DNA of 64,000 nucleotides from Escherichia coli (GTDB lineage Bacteria; Pseudomonadota; Gammaproteobacteria; Enterobacterales; Enterobacteriaceae): NCBI RefSeq assembly GCF_002854065.1, contig NZ_CP024147.1; one strand, 5' to 3'. Shown piece by piece: positions 22,548 to 33,255 of this stretch (position 1 is its first letter; each line of letters starts with the position of its first letter). The notes under the pieces were generated by a model. It saw only the letters and a program-made list of their open reading frames with translations, ran no database searches and was not told where the DNA came from. The position numbers and the translations under genes were made by a program.

Positions 22548-23882
22548 TTATTTCTGCAATTCCATACGTTTAATATCGCCAACTACGAAGAGGTAGCAGA
22601 CCATCGCCATCAGCGCTGAACATCCCACGAAAACCAGTGCTGCATTGAAGGAGTGCAGTTCACTTACCAGGTAGCCAATCACCAGTGGAGTGACAATGGA
22701 GGCAACATTGCCAAAGACGTTAAAGACGCCGCCGCAGAGGCCAACAATCTCTTTCGGCGCGGTGTCAGAAATTACCGGCCAGCCCAGCGCACCAAATCCT
22801 TTGCCAAAGAAAGCCAGCGCCATCAGCATGACCACCAGCGTGGTGTTGTTGGTGTAGTTACATAAGATGATGGTGGAAGCCAGCAACATTCCCAGCACAA
22901 TCGGTAGCTTACGTGCCAGGGTCAGGGATAAACCGCGTTTGATCAGATAATCCGAGAAGACACCTCCCAGCACGCCGCCCGCAAAACCACACAGTGCTGG
23001 AATCGAGGCGACCAGACCCACTTTCAGAATCGACATACCTTTTTCCTGCACCAGATAAATCGGGAACCAGGTGAGGAAGAACCAAGTGATGGTGTTGATA
23101 AAATATTGTCCGAAAAACACGCCCAACATCATGCGGTTAGAGAGCAATTGCTTGATGTAATGCAGTTTGGGTCCGCTTGCTGCCGCACTGCCCGGCTTTT
23201 TGTGGTCCATATCGACCACCGCGCCATTTTCAGAGATAAACTTCAGCTCTTCCGCAGACATACGTGGGTGATCTGTCGGGTTATGAATCAATTTGATCCA
23301 CAGCGCCGTCAGCACAAAACCAATCACCCCCATAACGGTAAAGACGTGCTCCCAGCCCCAGGCGAAAGTCAGCCAGCCAAGCAGCGGCGAAAAGAGCGCC
23401 AGCGAGAAATATTGCGCCGAGTTAAAGATGGCGGAGGCAGTACCACGTTCTTTCGTCGGGAACCAGGCGGCGACAATACGGGCGTTCGCCGGGAATGATG
23501 GCGCTTCCGAGAAGCCGAGCATAAAGCGCATAAAGAACATGGAGATCCCTGCCCAGGCCAGCGGGAACATATCAACAAAGCCTTGCAGGAAGGTGAATAG
23601 CGACCAGAAAAAGAGGCTGTAGGTGTAAACTTTTTTCGAGCCAAACTTATCAAGCAGCCAGCCGCCGGGGATTTGCATCAGCAAGTAGGCCCAGCCAAAA
23701 GCAGAGAAGATGTAACCCATCGAAACCGCACTTAACTGCAACTCTTTTGCCACTTCGGTACCAGCAATAGACAGCGTTGCACGATCGGCGTAGTTAACGG
23801 CGGTAACAATAAAAATAATCAGTAATATTAAATAGCGGGTATGCACGCCTTTCTTTTTTTCGTCAACGGTGTCCAGAATCAT
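22548..23882 (-). CDS. garP: Galactarate/glucarate transporter (MFS)
   Basis: 444-aa polytopic MFS-like ORF, first gene of garPLRK. Confidence 0.93.
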   Translation of the reverse strand: MILDTVDEKKKGVHTRYLILLIIFIVTAVNYADRATLSIAGTEVAKELQLSAVSMGYIFSAFGWAYLLMQIPGGWLLDKFGSKKVYTYSLFFWSLFTFLQGFVDMFPLAWAGISMFFMRFMLGFSEAPSFPANARIVAAWFPTKERGTASAIFNSAQYFSLALFSPLLGWLTFAWGWEHVFTVMGVIGFVLTALWIKLIHNPTDHPRMSAEELKFISENGAVVDMDHKKPGSAAASGPKLHYIKQLLSNRMMLGVFFGQYFINTITWFFLTWFPIYLVQEKGMSILKVGLVASIPALCGFAGGVLGGVFSDYLIKRGLSLTLARKLPIVLGMLLASTIILCNYTNNTTLVVMLMALAFFGKGFGALGWPVISDTAPKEIVGLCGGVFNVFGNVASIVTPLVIGYLVSELHSFNAALVFVGCSALMAMVCYLFVVGDIKRMELQK

Positions 23883-24256
23883 TTTATTTACCTCGGGTAC
23901 TTATGCTGATTTTTATTATTATGGGGAAGGTGTTATTTATGAGTTTCATTTATGCCGTAACGACAATGAACTCGGGAATTAGTATAAGCAGCGCGAGAAT
24001 AATAATCATTGTGCAAATGCTAATTTAATTAATACTATTTAAATATTATTTTGAGCATATGCACATAAGGTTGCGCGCTAAAGCACAGATTTGCGCTTTA
24101 CCTTGCCGGGCGGCACTGCAATCCCTGAAATGATTGACATTGATCACATTTCTGCGTTTAAACTCCTGACATTCTTATTTCACCCAATGAAGTCATTTAT
24201 TTTTAAATGAGACCAGGTCCTCATTTTAATAACCCCTGGCTGGAGAATATTGCACA

Positions 24257-25828
24257 ATGGCCAACATCGAAATCAGACAAGAAACGCCAACTGCGTTTTA
24301 TATAAAAGTTCACGACACAGATAATGTGGCAATTATTGTTAATGATAATGGCCTGAAAGCAGGAACGCGTTTTCCGGATGGGCTGGAATTAATTGAACAT
24401 ATTCCCCAGGGGCATAAAGTCGCATTGCTGGACATTCCGGCTAATGGTGAAATTATTCGTTATGGCGAAGTGATTGGTTACGCCGTGCGTGCAATCCCAC
24501 GCGGAAGCTGGATCGACGAATCAATGGTTGTACTACCGGAAGCGCCGCCGTTACACACGCTGCCACTGGCAACCAAAGTCCCGGAACCCTTACCGCCGCT
24601 GGAAGGATACACCTTTGAGGGCTATCGCAATGCCGATGGCAGCGTGGGCACCAAAAACCTGCTCGGCATCACCACCAGCGTCCACTGTGTGGCAGGCGTG
24701 GTGGACTATGTAGTAAAAATCATTGAACGCGATCTGCTACCGAAATACCCGAACGTCGATGGCGTGGTGGGGCTGAATCATTTGTACGGTTGTGGCGTGG
24801 CGATTAACGCACCGGCGGCAGTTGTACCTATTCGTACCATTCACAATATTTCGCTGAACCCTAACTTTGGCGGCGAAGTAATGGTGATTGGCCTGGGTTG
24901 TGAAAAGTTGCAGCCTGAGCGCCTGCTGACTGGAACGGATGATGTGCAAGCTATTCCAGTAGAAAGCGCCAGCATTGTCAGTTTGCAGGATGAAAAGCAT
25001 GTCGGTTTTCAGTCCATGGTCGAGGATATTTTGCAGGTCGCCGAACGCCATCTACAAAAACTGAATCAACGTCAGCGAGAAACCTGTCCGGCTTCAGAAC
25101 TGGTTGTCGGCATGCAGTGCGGTGGCAGCGATGCCTTTTCTGGCGTAACGGCAAACCCGGCGGTTGGGTATGCGTCTGATCTACTGGTGCGCTGCGGCGC
25201 AACGGTGATGTTCTCAGAAGTCACGGAAGTGCGTGACGCGATCCATCTGCTGACACCACGCGCAGTGAACGAAGAGGTCGGCAAACGGCTGCTGGCGGAG
25301 ATGGAGTGGTACGATAACTATCTCAATATGGGAAAAACCGACCGCAGCGCCAACCCTTCGCCGGGCAACAAGAAAGGCGGTCTGGCAAATGTAGTGGAGA
25401 AAGCGCTCGGCTCCATTGCTAAATCGGGTAAAAGCGCAATTGTTGAAGTGCTGTCGCCCGGTCAACGCCCGACTAAACGCGGATTAATTTACGCCGCGAC
25501 GCCAGCCAGCGATTTTGTCTGTGGCACGCAACAGGTGGCTTCGGGTATCACAGTGCAAGTGTTTACGACCGGTCGTGGTACGCCGTACGGCCTGATGGCG
25601 GTACCCGTCATTAAAATGGCGACCCGCACCGAGCTGGCGAACCGCTGGTTTGATTTAATGGATATTAACGCGGGCACTATCGCCACCGGCGAAGAAACCA
25701 TTGAAGAGGTGGGCTGGAAGTTGTTCCACTTTATTCTCGACGTCGCCAGCGGGAAGAAGAAAACCTTCTCGGATCAATGGGGGCTGCATAACCAGCTGGC
25801 AGTGTTTAACCCGGCACCGGTGACCTGA
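24257..25828 (+). CDS. garD: Galactarate dehydratase
   Basis: 523-aa ORF divergent from garP across an AT-rich control region. Confidence 0.93.
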   Translation: MANIEIRQETPTAFYIKVHDTDNVAIIVNDNGLKAGTRFPDGLELIEHIPQGHKVALLDIPANGEIIRYGEVIGYAVRAIPRGSWIDESMVVLPEAPPLHTLPLATKVPEPLPPLEGYTFEGYRNADGSVGTKNLLGITTSVHCVAGVVDYVVKIIERDLLPKYPNVDGVVGLNHLYGCGVAINAPAAVVPIRTIHNISLNPNFGGEVMVIGLGCEKLQPERLLTGTDDVQAIPVESASIVSLQDEKHVGFQSMVEDILQVAERHLQKLNQRQRETCPASELVVGMQCGGSDAFSGVTANPAVGYASDLLVRCGATVMFSEVTEVRDAIHLLTPRAVNEEVGKRLLAEMEWYDNYLNMGKTDRSANPSPGNKKGGLANVVEKALGSIAKSGKSAIVEVLSPGQRPTKRGLIYAATPASDFVCGTQQVASGITVQVFTTGRGTPYGLMAVPVIKMATRTELANRWFDLMDINAGTIATGEETIEEVGWKLFHFILDVASGKKKTFSDQWGLHNQLAVFNPAPVT

Positions 25829-25850
25829 TTTCTTTTGGAACGTCCCTCGC

Positions 25851-25882
25851 AAAACATGGCCTTAGTGCCATGTTTTTATTGT
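25851..25882 (+). terminator. Intrinsic terminator downstream of garD
   Basis: AAAACATGGCCTTAGTGCCATGTTTT hairpin followed by a T-rich tract. Confidence 0.55.
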
Positions 25883-25976
25883 TTAAAGCCCCCACGTCCA
25901 TTAATAATGCATTTGCATTACCTTAGTTCAAGCTTATAATTTGAGCAGAAAACAGGCTGTAAAAGGACAGTGAATC

Positions 25977-26312
25977 ATGCCCGCTAATGCTCGCTCTCAC
26001 GCTGTACTGACCACTGAATCAAAGGTCACGATACGCGGACAAACAACTATCCCCGCGCCAGTGCGTGAGGCTTTAAAACTGAAGCCAGGCCAGGACAGCA
26101 TTCATTACGAAATTCTGCCTGGTGGGCAAGTATTTATGTGCCGACTGGGAGATGAACAGGAGGATCATACTATGAATGCATTTTTGCGTTTTCTGGATGC
26201 AGATATCCAGAACAACCCGCAAAAAACTCGTCCATTCAACATTCAACAAGGAAAGAAACTTGTCGCTGGCATGGACGTCAACATTGATGATGAGATTGGC
26301 GACGACGAATAA
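25977..26312 (+). CDS. prlF: Type II antitoxin PrlF (SohA)
   Basis: 111-aa ORF ending in an acidic tail (DDEIGDDE); stop overlaps the start of yhaV (TAATGG). Confidence 0.9.
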   Translation: MPANARSHAVLTTESKVTIRGQTTIPAPVREALKLKPGQDSIHYEILPGGQVFMCRLGDEQEDHTMNAFLRFLDADIQNNPQKTRPFNIQQGKKLVAGMDVNIDDEIGDDE

Positions 26313-26776
26313 TGGATTTTCCACAAAGGGTTAATGGTTGGGCGCTATATGCTCATCCCTGTTTTCAGGAAACCTACGACGCTTTAGTTGCCGAAGTCGA
26401 GACATTAAAGGGAAAAGATCCTGAAAATTATCAGAGAAAAGCCGCCACAAAGTTATTGGCGGTAGTCCATAAAGTGATTGAGGAGCATATCACGGTCAAT
26501 CCATCATCACCGGCATTCCGTCATGGCAAGTCGTTAGGCTCTGGGAAAAATAAAGACTGGTCACGGGTAAAATTTGGTGCTGGTCGTTATCGTCTCTTCT
26601 TTCGTTATAGTGAAAAAGAGAAAGTCATCATTCTGGGATGGATGAACGATGAAAACACGCTGCGCACCTACGGTAAAAAAACAGATGCCTATACCGTATT
26701 CAGCAAAATGTTAAAAAGAGGACATCCTCCTGCCGACTGGGAAACCCTCACCCGAGAGACAGAAGAAACCCATTGA
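26312..26776 (+). CDS. yhaV: Type II toxin YhaV (ribosome-dependent mRNA interferase)
   Basis: 154-aa ORF translationally coupled to prlF. Confidence 0.9.
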   Translation: MDFPQRVNGWALYAHPCFQETYDALVAEVETLKGKDPENYQRKAATKLLAVVHKVIEEHITVNPSSPAFRHGKSLGSGKNKDWSRVKFGAGRYRLFFRYSEKEKVIILGWMNDENTLRTYGKKTDAYTVFSKMLKRGHPPADWETLTRETEETH

Positions 26777-26830
26777 TGGTGTTCACAATGCCCGCCGAAC
26801 GCATTCGTGTTGACCAGCGGGCACCCTTTC

Positions 26831-27640
26831 TCACTCCCCGACCAGAATCACTTCAACCCCAGCCTTTCGCAGTCCTTCCAGACTATCCGCAGGAATGCCT
26901 TCATCAACAATGATCATGTCGATACGTTGAGTATCAATGATCTTATGTAAACTGGAACGATTGAATTTACTGGAATCGGTGACCACGATGATCCGTTCCG
27001 CAACTTCGCACATCCGGCGGTTTAAACGGGCTTCATCTTCATTATGCGTGCTGACGCCGCGCTCCAGATCAATCGCATCTACACCAAGAAACAGCATATC
27101 GAAGTGGTAATTTTGCAGCGATTGTTCAGCCTGATCGCCGTAAAAAGATTGCGACTGACGGCGCAAATGCCCGCCGGTCATCAGCAGCTCAACGCCTTCC
27201 GCTTCCAGCAAAGCATTAGCCACGTTCATACCGTTGGTCATCGCAATTACGTCAGTGTGCTTGCGCATCAGACGAGCAATCTCAAAAGTGGTGGTCCCGG
27301 AATCGAGGATCACCCGATGACCTGGCTGAATCAACTCAACGGCAGCTTTCGCAACGCTGCGTTTCATCGCGGTGTTCAGTGCGCTTTTATCTTCCACTGA
27401 TGGCTCGACTGACGGCGTCGTGCTATCGCAGATCAACGCGCCACCATAGGCACGCACAGCGATCCCCTGCTTTTCCAGAAACGCCAGATCATTGCGGATC
27501 GTCACAGTAGATACGCCATACAATGCCGACAGATCGTTAACCTGCACACTCCCTTGCTGTCGCAGACGCTGAATGATCTGTTCTCGTCGCTCGCTGGTGC
27601 CTGTCACTCGCTTCTCACCTGAAGCGTCGGTATTACTCAT
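26831..27640 (-). CDS. agaR: DeoR-family repressor of the aga/kba cluster
   Basis: 269-aa ORF with N-terminal helix-turn-helix; divergent from kbaZ. Confidence 0.93.
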
Positions 27641-27888
27641 AGTAAGTCCTTTCGTAAAACTTTCGTTTCATTTCGTTTTGCCTATTAACGCCTTTCTATT
27701 AAGCAAATGCAAGCCCACCTTGCCCATTGACGCAAGCTACTCTCGTTTCAGTGACTTTCATTATGTTTCTTTTGTGAATCAGATCAGAAAACCATTATCT
27801 TTCGTTTTATTTTTATCTCACCATAACGCAGTATCAACTGAAACAAAACGAAAGATTAATATCGCAGTAATCTGAACTGGAGAGGAAA
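27641..27888. promoter_or_regulatory. agaR-kbaZ divergent control region with repeated AgaR-operator-like motifs
   Basis: Repeated CTTTCGTTT / TTTCGTTT units at 27648..27678, 27742, 27800..27807 and the inverse AAACGAAAG at 27847..27855. Confidence 0.55.
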
Positions 27889-29169
27889 GTGAAACATCTG
27901 ACAGAAATGGTGAGACAGCACAAAGCGGGCAAAACAAATGGAATTTATGCCGTTTGTTCCGCACATCCGCTGGTGCTGGAGGCTGCAATCCGCTACGCCA
28001 GTGCAAACCAAACGCCGTTACTGATTGAAGCAACCTCCAATCAGGTAGACCAGTTCGGCGGTTATACCGGAATGACGCCCGCCGATTTTCGCGGCTTTGT
28101 TTGTCAGCTCGCCGACTCGTTGAATTTCCCGCAGGATGCGTTGATTCTGGGTGGTGACCATCTGGGGCCAAACCGCTGGCAAAACCTGCCGGCCGCTCAG
28201 GCAATGGCCAATGCCGATGATTTGATTAAAAGCTACGTTGCGGCAGGATTCAAAAAAATCCACCTTGATTGCAGCATGACCTGTCAGGACGATCCGATTC
28301 CCTTAACTGATGACATCGTGGCTGAACGCGCCGCCCGTCTGGCGAAAGTGGCGGAAGAAACCTGTCTTGAACACTTTGGCGAAGCCGATCTGGAGTATGT
28401 CATTGGTACCGAAGTGCCGGTACCTGGCGGCGCGCATGAAACCTTAAGCGAGCTGGCGGTCACCACGCCGGATGCCGCCCGCGCCACGCTGGAAGCCCAT
28501 CGTCACGCTTTTGAAAAGCAGGGTCTGAATGCCATCTGGCCACGCATCATTGCCCTGGTGGTTCAACCCGGCGTCGAATTCGATCACACCAACGTTATTG
28601 ATTATCAGCCCGCCAAAGCGACCGCCTTAAGCCAGATGGTCGAAAACTACGAAACGCTGATTTTCGAAGCGCACTCTACCGATTATCAAACGCCGCAATC
28701 GCTGCGCCAGTTGGTGATTGACCACTTTGCCATTCTGAAAGTTGGCCCGGCGCTGACCTTCGCCCTGCGTGAAGCTCTGTTCTCTCTGGCGGCGATTGAA
28801 GAAGAACTGGTGCCAGCAAAAGCCTGTTCCGGTCTGCGTCAGGTGCTGGAAGACGTGATGCTCGACCGCCCGGAATACTGGCAAAGCCACTACCACGGTG
28901 ACGGCAACGCGCGTCGTCTGGCGCGTGGTTATAGCTACTCGGATCGCGTGCGCTATTACTGGCCGGACAGCCAGATTGATGACGCTTTCGCTCATCTGGT
29001 ACGTAATCTGGCGGATTCACCAATTCCGCTGCCGCTGATCAGCCAGTATCTGCCGCTGCAGTACGTGAAAGTTCGCTCCGGCGAGCTGCAACCGACGCCA
29101 CGGGAACTCATTATCAACCATATTCAGGACATCCTGGCGCAGTACCACACAGCCTGTGAAGGCCAATAA
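27889..29169 (+). CDS. kbaZ: Tagatose-1,6-bisphosphate aldolase non-catalytic subunit
   Basis: 426-aa ORF starting at GTG 27889 ([10 protein letters not shown]...). Confidence 0.93.
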   Translation: MKHLTEMVRQHKAGKTNGIYAVCSAHPLVLEAAIRYASANQTPLLIEATSNQVDQFGGYTGMTPADFRGFVCQLADSLNFPQDALILGGDHLGPNRWQNLPAAQAMANADDLIKSYVAAGFKKIHLDCSMTCQDDPIPLTDDIVAERAARLAKVAEETCLEHFGEADLEYVIGTEVPVPGGAHETLSELAVTTPDAARATLEAHRHAFEKQGLNAIWPRIIALVVQPGVEFDHTNVIDYQPAKATALSQMVENYETLIFEAHSTDYQTPQSLRQLVIDHFAILKVGPALTFALREALFSLAAIEEELVPAKACSGLRQVLEDVMLDRPEYWQSHYHGDGNARRLARGYSYSDRVRYYWPDSQIDDAFAHLVRNLADSPIPLPLISQYLPLQYVKVRSGELQPTPRELIINHIQDILAQYHTACEGQ

Positions 29170-29191
29170 GCAAAACAAAGAGGAACACGCT

Positions 29192-29665
29192 ATGCCAAAT
29201 ATTGTTTTAAGCCGGATTGATGAACGCTTGATTCACGGTCAGGTCGGCGTTCAGTGGGTCGGATTTGCGGGGGCAAATCTGGTGCTGGTAGCCAACGATG
29301 AGGTTGCCGAAGATCCGGTACAACAAAACCTGATGGAAATGGTACTGGCAGAAGGGATCGCCGTACGTTTCTGGACGCTGCAAAAAGTTATCGACAACAT
29401 TCATCGCGCCGCCGATCGACAGAAAATCCTGCTGGTTTGTAAAACACCCGCCGATTTCCTGACGCTGGTGAAAGGTGGCGTTCCGGTGAATCGCATTAAC
29501 GTTGGCAATATGCACTACGCCAATGGCAAGCAACAAATCGCCAAAACGGTTTCTGTGGATGCGGGCGATATCGCAGCATTTAACGACCTGAAAGCCGCTG
29601 GGGTGGAATGCTTCGTTCAGGGCGTCCCGACAGAGCCTGCTGTGGACCTCTTTAAATTACTTTGA
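29192..29665 (+). CDS. agaV: PTS mannose-family EIIB (N-acetylgalactosamine)
   Basis: Track ORF from 29156; start set to ATG 29192 (MPNIVLSRIDERLIHGQ) preceded by AAGAGG; 157 aa. Confidence 0.9.
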   Translation: MPNIVLSRIDERLIHGQVGVQWVGFAGANLVLVANDEVAEDPVQQNLMEMVLAEGIAVRFWTLQKVIDNIHRAADRQKILLVCKTPADFLTLVKGGVPVNRINVGNMHYANGKQQIAKTVSVDAGDIAAFNDLKAAGVECFVQGVPTEPAVDLFKLL

Positions 29666-29675
29666 GGGATTCATC

Positions 29676-30455
29676 ATGGAAATCAGTCTGTTGCAGGCAT
29701 TCGCGTTGGGCATTATCGCCTTTATCGCTGGCCTGGATATGTTTAACGGCTTAACCCATATGCACCGCCCGGTGGTCCTCGGCCCGTTAGTCGGGCTGGT
29801 ACTTGGCGATCTGCATACCGGTATTTTAACCGGCGGTACGCTGGAACTGGTGTGGATGGGGCTGGCCCCGCTGGCGGGCGCACAGCCGCCTAACGTGATT
29901 ATCGGTACTATCGTCGGCACGGCGTTTGCCATTACTACTGGCGTGAAACCCGATGTCGCAGTCGGTGTCGCCGTACCTTTCGCTGTCGCAGTACAGATGG
30001 GGATTACCTTCCTGTTCTCGGTGATGTCTGGCGTGATGTCTCGCTGCGACCGGATGGCGGAGAACGCCGATACTCGCGGCATTGAACGCGTAAACTATCT
30101 GGCACTGCTGGCACTCGGCACTTTCTATTTTCTCTGCGCTTTCCTGCCTATCTACTTCGGCGCGGAACATGCAAAAACCATCATTGATGTCCTGCCGCAA
30201 CGATTAATCGACGGCCTCGGCGTCGCGAGCGGCATCATGCCAGCAATCGGTTTTGCCGTGCTGCTGAAAATCATGATGAAAAACGTCTACATCCCCTACT
30301 TCATCCTGGGCTTTGTTGCCGCAGCCTGGCTCAAGTTACCGGTGCTGGCTATTGCTGCCGCCGCGCTGGCGATGGCGCTGATCGATCTGCTGCGTAAATC
30401 TCCTGAACCGACTCAACCTGCGGCACAGAAAGAGGAATTTGAAGATGGCATCTAA
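29676..30455 (+). CDS. agaW: PTS EIIC (N-acetylgalactosamine), full length
   Basis: 259-aa polytopic ORF; full length, whereas K-12 carries a truncated agaW by established knowledge. Confidence 0.88.
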   Translation: MEISLLQAFALGIIAFIAGLDMFNGLTHMHRPVVLGPLVGLVLGDLHTGILTGGTLELVWMGLAPLAGAQPPNVIIGTIVGTAFAITTGVKPDVAVGVAVPFAVAVQMGITFLFSVMSGVMSRCDRMAENADTRGIERVNYLALLALGTFYFLCAFLPIYFGAEHAKTIIDVLPQRLIDGLGVASGIMPAIGFAVLLKIMMKNVYIPYFILGFVAAAWLKLPVLAIAAAALAMALIDLLRKSPEPTQPAAQKEEFEDGI

Positions 30456-31323
30456 TCAAACCACCCTGCCGAACGTCAGTGAAAACGAAGAAACATTGCT
30501 GACTGGCGTCAATGAAAACGTGTATGAAGATCAGAGCATTGGCGCGGAGCTGACGAAAAAAGATATCAATCGCGTCGCCTGGCGTTCCATGCTGTTACAA
30601 GCGTCTTTTAACTACGAACGTATGCAGGCTTCCGGCTGGTTGTACGGTCTGCTGCCTGCTCTGAAAAAGATCCACACTAATAAACGCGACCTGGCGCGCG
30701 CCATGAAGGGGCATATGGGTTTCTTCAATACCCATCCGTTTCTGGTGACATTTGTTATCGGCATTATCCTTGCGATGGAGCGTTCTAAGCAGGACGTTAA
30801 CAGTATTCAGAGCACCAAAATTGCCGTCGGTGCGCCGCTCGGCGGGATTGGCGATGCAATGTTCTGGCTAACGCTACTGCCGATTTGTGGCGGGATTGGA
30901 GCCAGTCTGGCATTGCAAGGCTCCATTCTTGGCGCAGTCGTCTTTATTGTGCTGTTCAACGTGGTACACCTGGGGCTGCGTTTTGGTCTGGCGCATTATG
31001 CTTACCGCATGGGCGTGGCGGCGATTCCACTCATTAAAGCGAATACCAAAAAAGTCGGCCATGCTGCGTCTATCGTTGGGATGACGGTAATCGGTGCGCT
31101 GGTGGCAACCTATGTTCGTTTAAGCACCACGCTGGAAATCACAGCGGGCGACGCAGTGGTTAAGTTACAGGCTGATGTTATCGACAAACTGATGCCTGCC
31201 TTCTTACCGCTGGTCTATACCCTGACCATGTTCTGGTTGGTACGCCGCGGCTGGAGTCCGCTACGCCTGATTGCGGTTACCGTGGTTCTCGGCATCGTCG
31301 GTAAATTCTGCCATTTCCTTTAA
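30445..31323 (+). CDS. agaE: PTS EIID (N-acetylgalactosamine)
   Basis: Track ORF from TTG 30439; start set to ATG 30445 (MASNQTTLPN...) giving 292 aa; EIID-like RSMLLQASFNYERMQ motif. Confidence 0.88.
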   Translation: MASNQTTLPNVSENEETLLTGVNENVYEDQSIGAELTKKDINRVAWRSMLLQASFNYERMQASGWLYGLLPALKKIHTNKRDLARAMKGHMGFFNTHPFLVTFVIGIILAMERSKQDVNSIQSTKIAVGAPLGGIGDAMFWLTLLPICGGIGASLALQGSILGAVVFIVLFNVVHLGLRFGLAHYAYRMGVAAIPLIKANTKKVGHAASIVGMTVIGALVATYVRLSTTLEITAGDAVVKLQADVIDKLMPAFLPLVYTLTMFWLVRRGWSPLRLIAVTVVLGIVGKFCHFL

Positions 31324-31340
31324 ATACAATGAGGTATTAG

Positions 31341-31775
31341 ATGTTAAGTATTATTTTGACAGGGCATGGCGGGTTTGCCAGTGGCATGGAAAAAGCAATG
31401 AAGCAAATCCTCGGTGAGCAATCGCAGTTTATCGCCATCGATTTTCCGGAAACCTCAAGCACCGCGCTGCTTACATCGCAGCTTGAAGAGGCCATCGCCC
31501 AACTGGATTGTGAAGACGGCATTGTTTTTCTGACGGATTTGCTGGGCGGCACGCCGTTTCGCGTAGCTTCAACGCTGGCGATGCAAAAACCGGGCTGTGA
31601 AGTGATCACCGGCACCAATTTGCAACTGCTACTGGAGATGGTGCTGGAGCGCGAAGGGTTAAGCGGTGAAGAGTTCCGTGTGCAGGCACTGGAGTGTGGA
31701 CATCGTGGGCTGACCAGTCTGGTGGACGAGTTAGGCCGCTGCCATGAGGAATGTCCGGTCGAGGAAGGAATATGA
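31341..31775 (+). CDS. agaF: PTS EIIA (N-acetylgalactosamine/galactosamine)
   Basis: 144-aa ORF following agaE. Confidence 0.88.
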   Translation: MLSIILTGHGGFASGMEKAMKQILGEQSQFIAIDFPETSSTALLTSQLEEAIAQLDCEDGIVFLTDLLGGTPFRVASTLAMQKPGCEVITGTNLQLLLEMVLEREGLSGEEFRVQALECGHRGLTSLVDELGRCHEECPVEEGI

Positions 31776-32905
31776 CACACGTTCTGCGCGCCAGAAGGCT
31801 GCTGACTGAAGAGGGATGGCTCGATGACCATCAGTTGCGTATTGCTGACGGTGTCATCGCAGCAATCGAACCGATTCCAGTGGGCGTGACTGAACGCGAT
31901 GCGGAACTGCTCTGCCCTGCTTACATCGACACCCATGTACACGGTGGTGCGGGCGTTGATGTAATGGATGACGCGCCGGATGTACTCGACAAGCTGGCAA
32001 TGCACAAGGCACGCGAAGGTGTCGGCAGTTGGTTACCGACCACCGTAACCGCGCCGCTTAATACCATTCATGCGGCGCTGAAACGTATTGCTCAACGTTG
32101 CCAACGCGGCGGACCTGGTGCGCAAGTGCTGGGGAGTTATCTCGAAGGACCGTACTTCACGCCGCAGAATAAAGGCGCGCATCCGCCGGAATTGTTTCGC
32201 GAGCTTGAAATTGCCGAGCTGGATCAATTGATTGCCGTTTCTCAGCACACCTTACGCGTGGTAGCGCTGGCACCGGAAAAAGAAGGGGCATTGCAGGCCA
32301 TCCGCCATCTTAAACAGCAAAATGTAAGGGTGATGCTGGGGCATAGCGCGGCGACCTGGCAACAAACCCGCGCCGCGTTTGATGCCGGTGCCGACGGCCT
32401 GGTGCATTGCTATAACGGGATGACAGGTTTACATCACCGCGAACCGGGAATGGTTGGCGCGGGATTAACGGACAAGCGCGCCTAGCTGGAACTGATAGCC
32501 GATGGTCATCATGTGCATCCGGCGGCGATGTCGCTGTGTTGTTGCTGTTCGAAAGAGAGAATCGTGCTGATCACCGACGCGATGCAAGCAGCCGGGATGC
32601 CGGATGGTCGCTATACGTTATGTGGCGAAGAAGTGCAGATGCACGGTGGCGTTGTCCGTATCGCGTCCGGTGGGCTGGCGGGCAGTACGCTGTCTGTTGA
32701 TGCGGCAGTGCGCAATATGGTCGAGTTGACGGGCGTAACGCCTGCGGAAGCCATTCATATGGCATCGCTGCATCCGGCGCGAATGCTGGGTGTTGATGGT
32801 GTTCTGGGATCGCTTAAACCGGGCAAACGCGCCAGCGTCGTTGCGCTGGATAGCGGGCTGCATGTGCAACAAATCTGGATTCAGGGTCAATTAGCTTCGT
32901 TTTGA
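31772..32905 (+). pseudogene. agaA: N-acetylgalactosamine-6-phosphate deacetylase interrupted by an in-frame TAG
   Basis: Track ORFs 31751..32485 and 32513..32905 share one reading frame; the only break is TAG at 32483..32485 in the context ...GLTDKRA*LELIADGHHVHPAAM, where tryptophan (TGG) is recalled. Confidence 0.8.
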
Positions 32906-32978
32906 TAGTTTGCTCCTTTATTGGGCCTTCACTTCCCCCGTAAGGCCTTTCTTTTTCTTTCGTTTTGATCTGTGCAGC

Positions 32979-33064
32979 GGTGTCGGATGCGACGCTAACG
33001 CGTCTTATCCGACCTACAGTTGGTGACCGCAAGGCCGGATAAAGCGTTTGCGCCGCATCCAGCA
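32979..33064. repeat. REP elements (BIME-like)
   Basis: GGTGTCGGATGCGACGCTAACGCGTCTTATCCGACCTAC and AAGGCCGGATAAAGCGTTTGCGCCGCATCC in opposite orientations. Confidence 0.65.
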
Positions 33065-33065
33065 A

Positions 33066-33255
33066 TCCCTTTTGCTTCCTTTATCTTTTCTTTCAACGAT
33101 CACAAATTTCGTTTTATTTCCTTTTTCTCCATTGAACTTTCGATTTCTTTTCTATAGATTTTAATCAACGAAAGACATCACCAAGTGAAATGAAACGAAA
33201 GGCAAGTGAAAGCGACAACGCCCGACGTCAAGTTCATCAGACTAAGGATTGAGTT
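33066..33255 (+). promoter_or_regulatory. agaS promoter region with AgaR-operator-like CTTTC/GAAAG repeats
   Basis: AATTTCGTTTTATTTC, CTTTCGATTTC, AACGAAAG and GAAACGAAAGG motifs upstream of agaS. Confidence 0.45.

Noticed and set aside
31337-32005. 222-aa minus-strand ORF
   Set aside because: Antisense to agaF and agaA, which are supported by conserved products and operon context.
31751-32905. Reading 31751..32485 and 32513..32905 as two separate genes
   Set aside because: Both are in one frame, separated by a single TAG, and together match a full-length deacetylase; one gene with a nonsense codon is the simpler reading.
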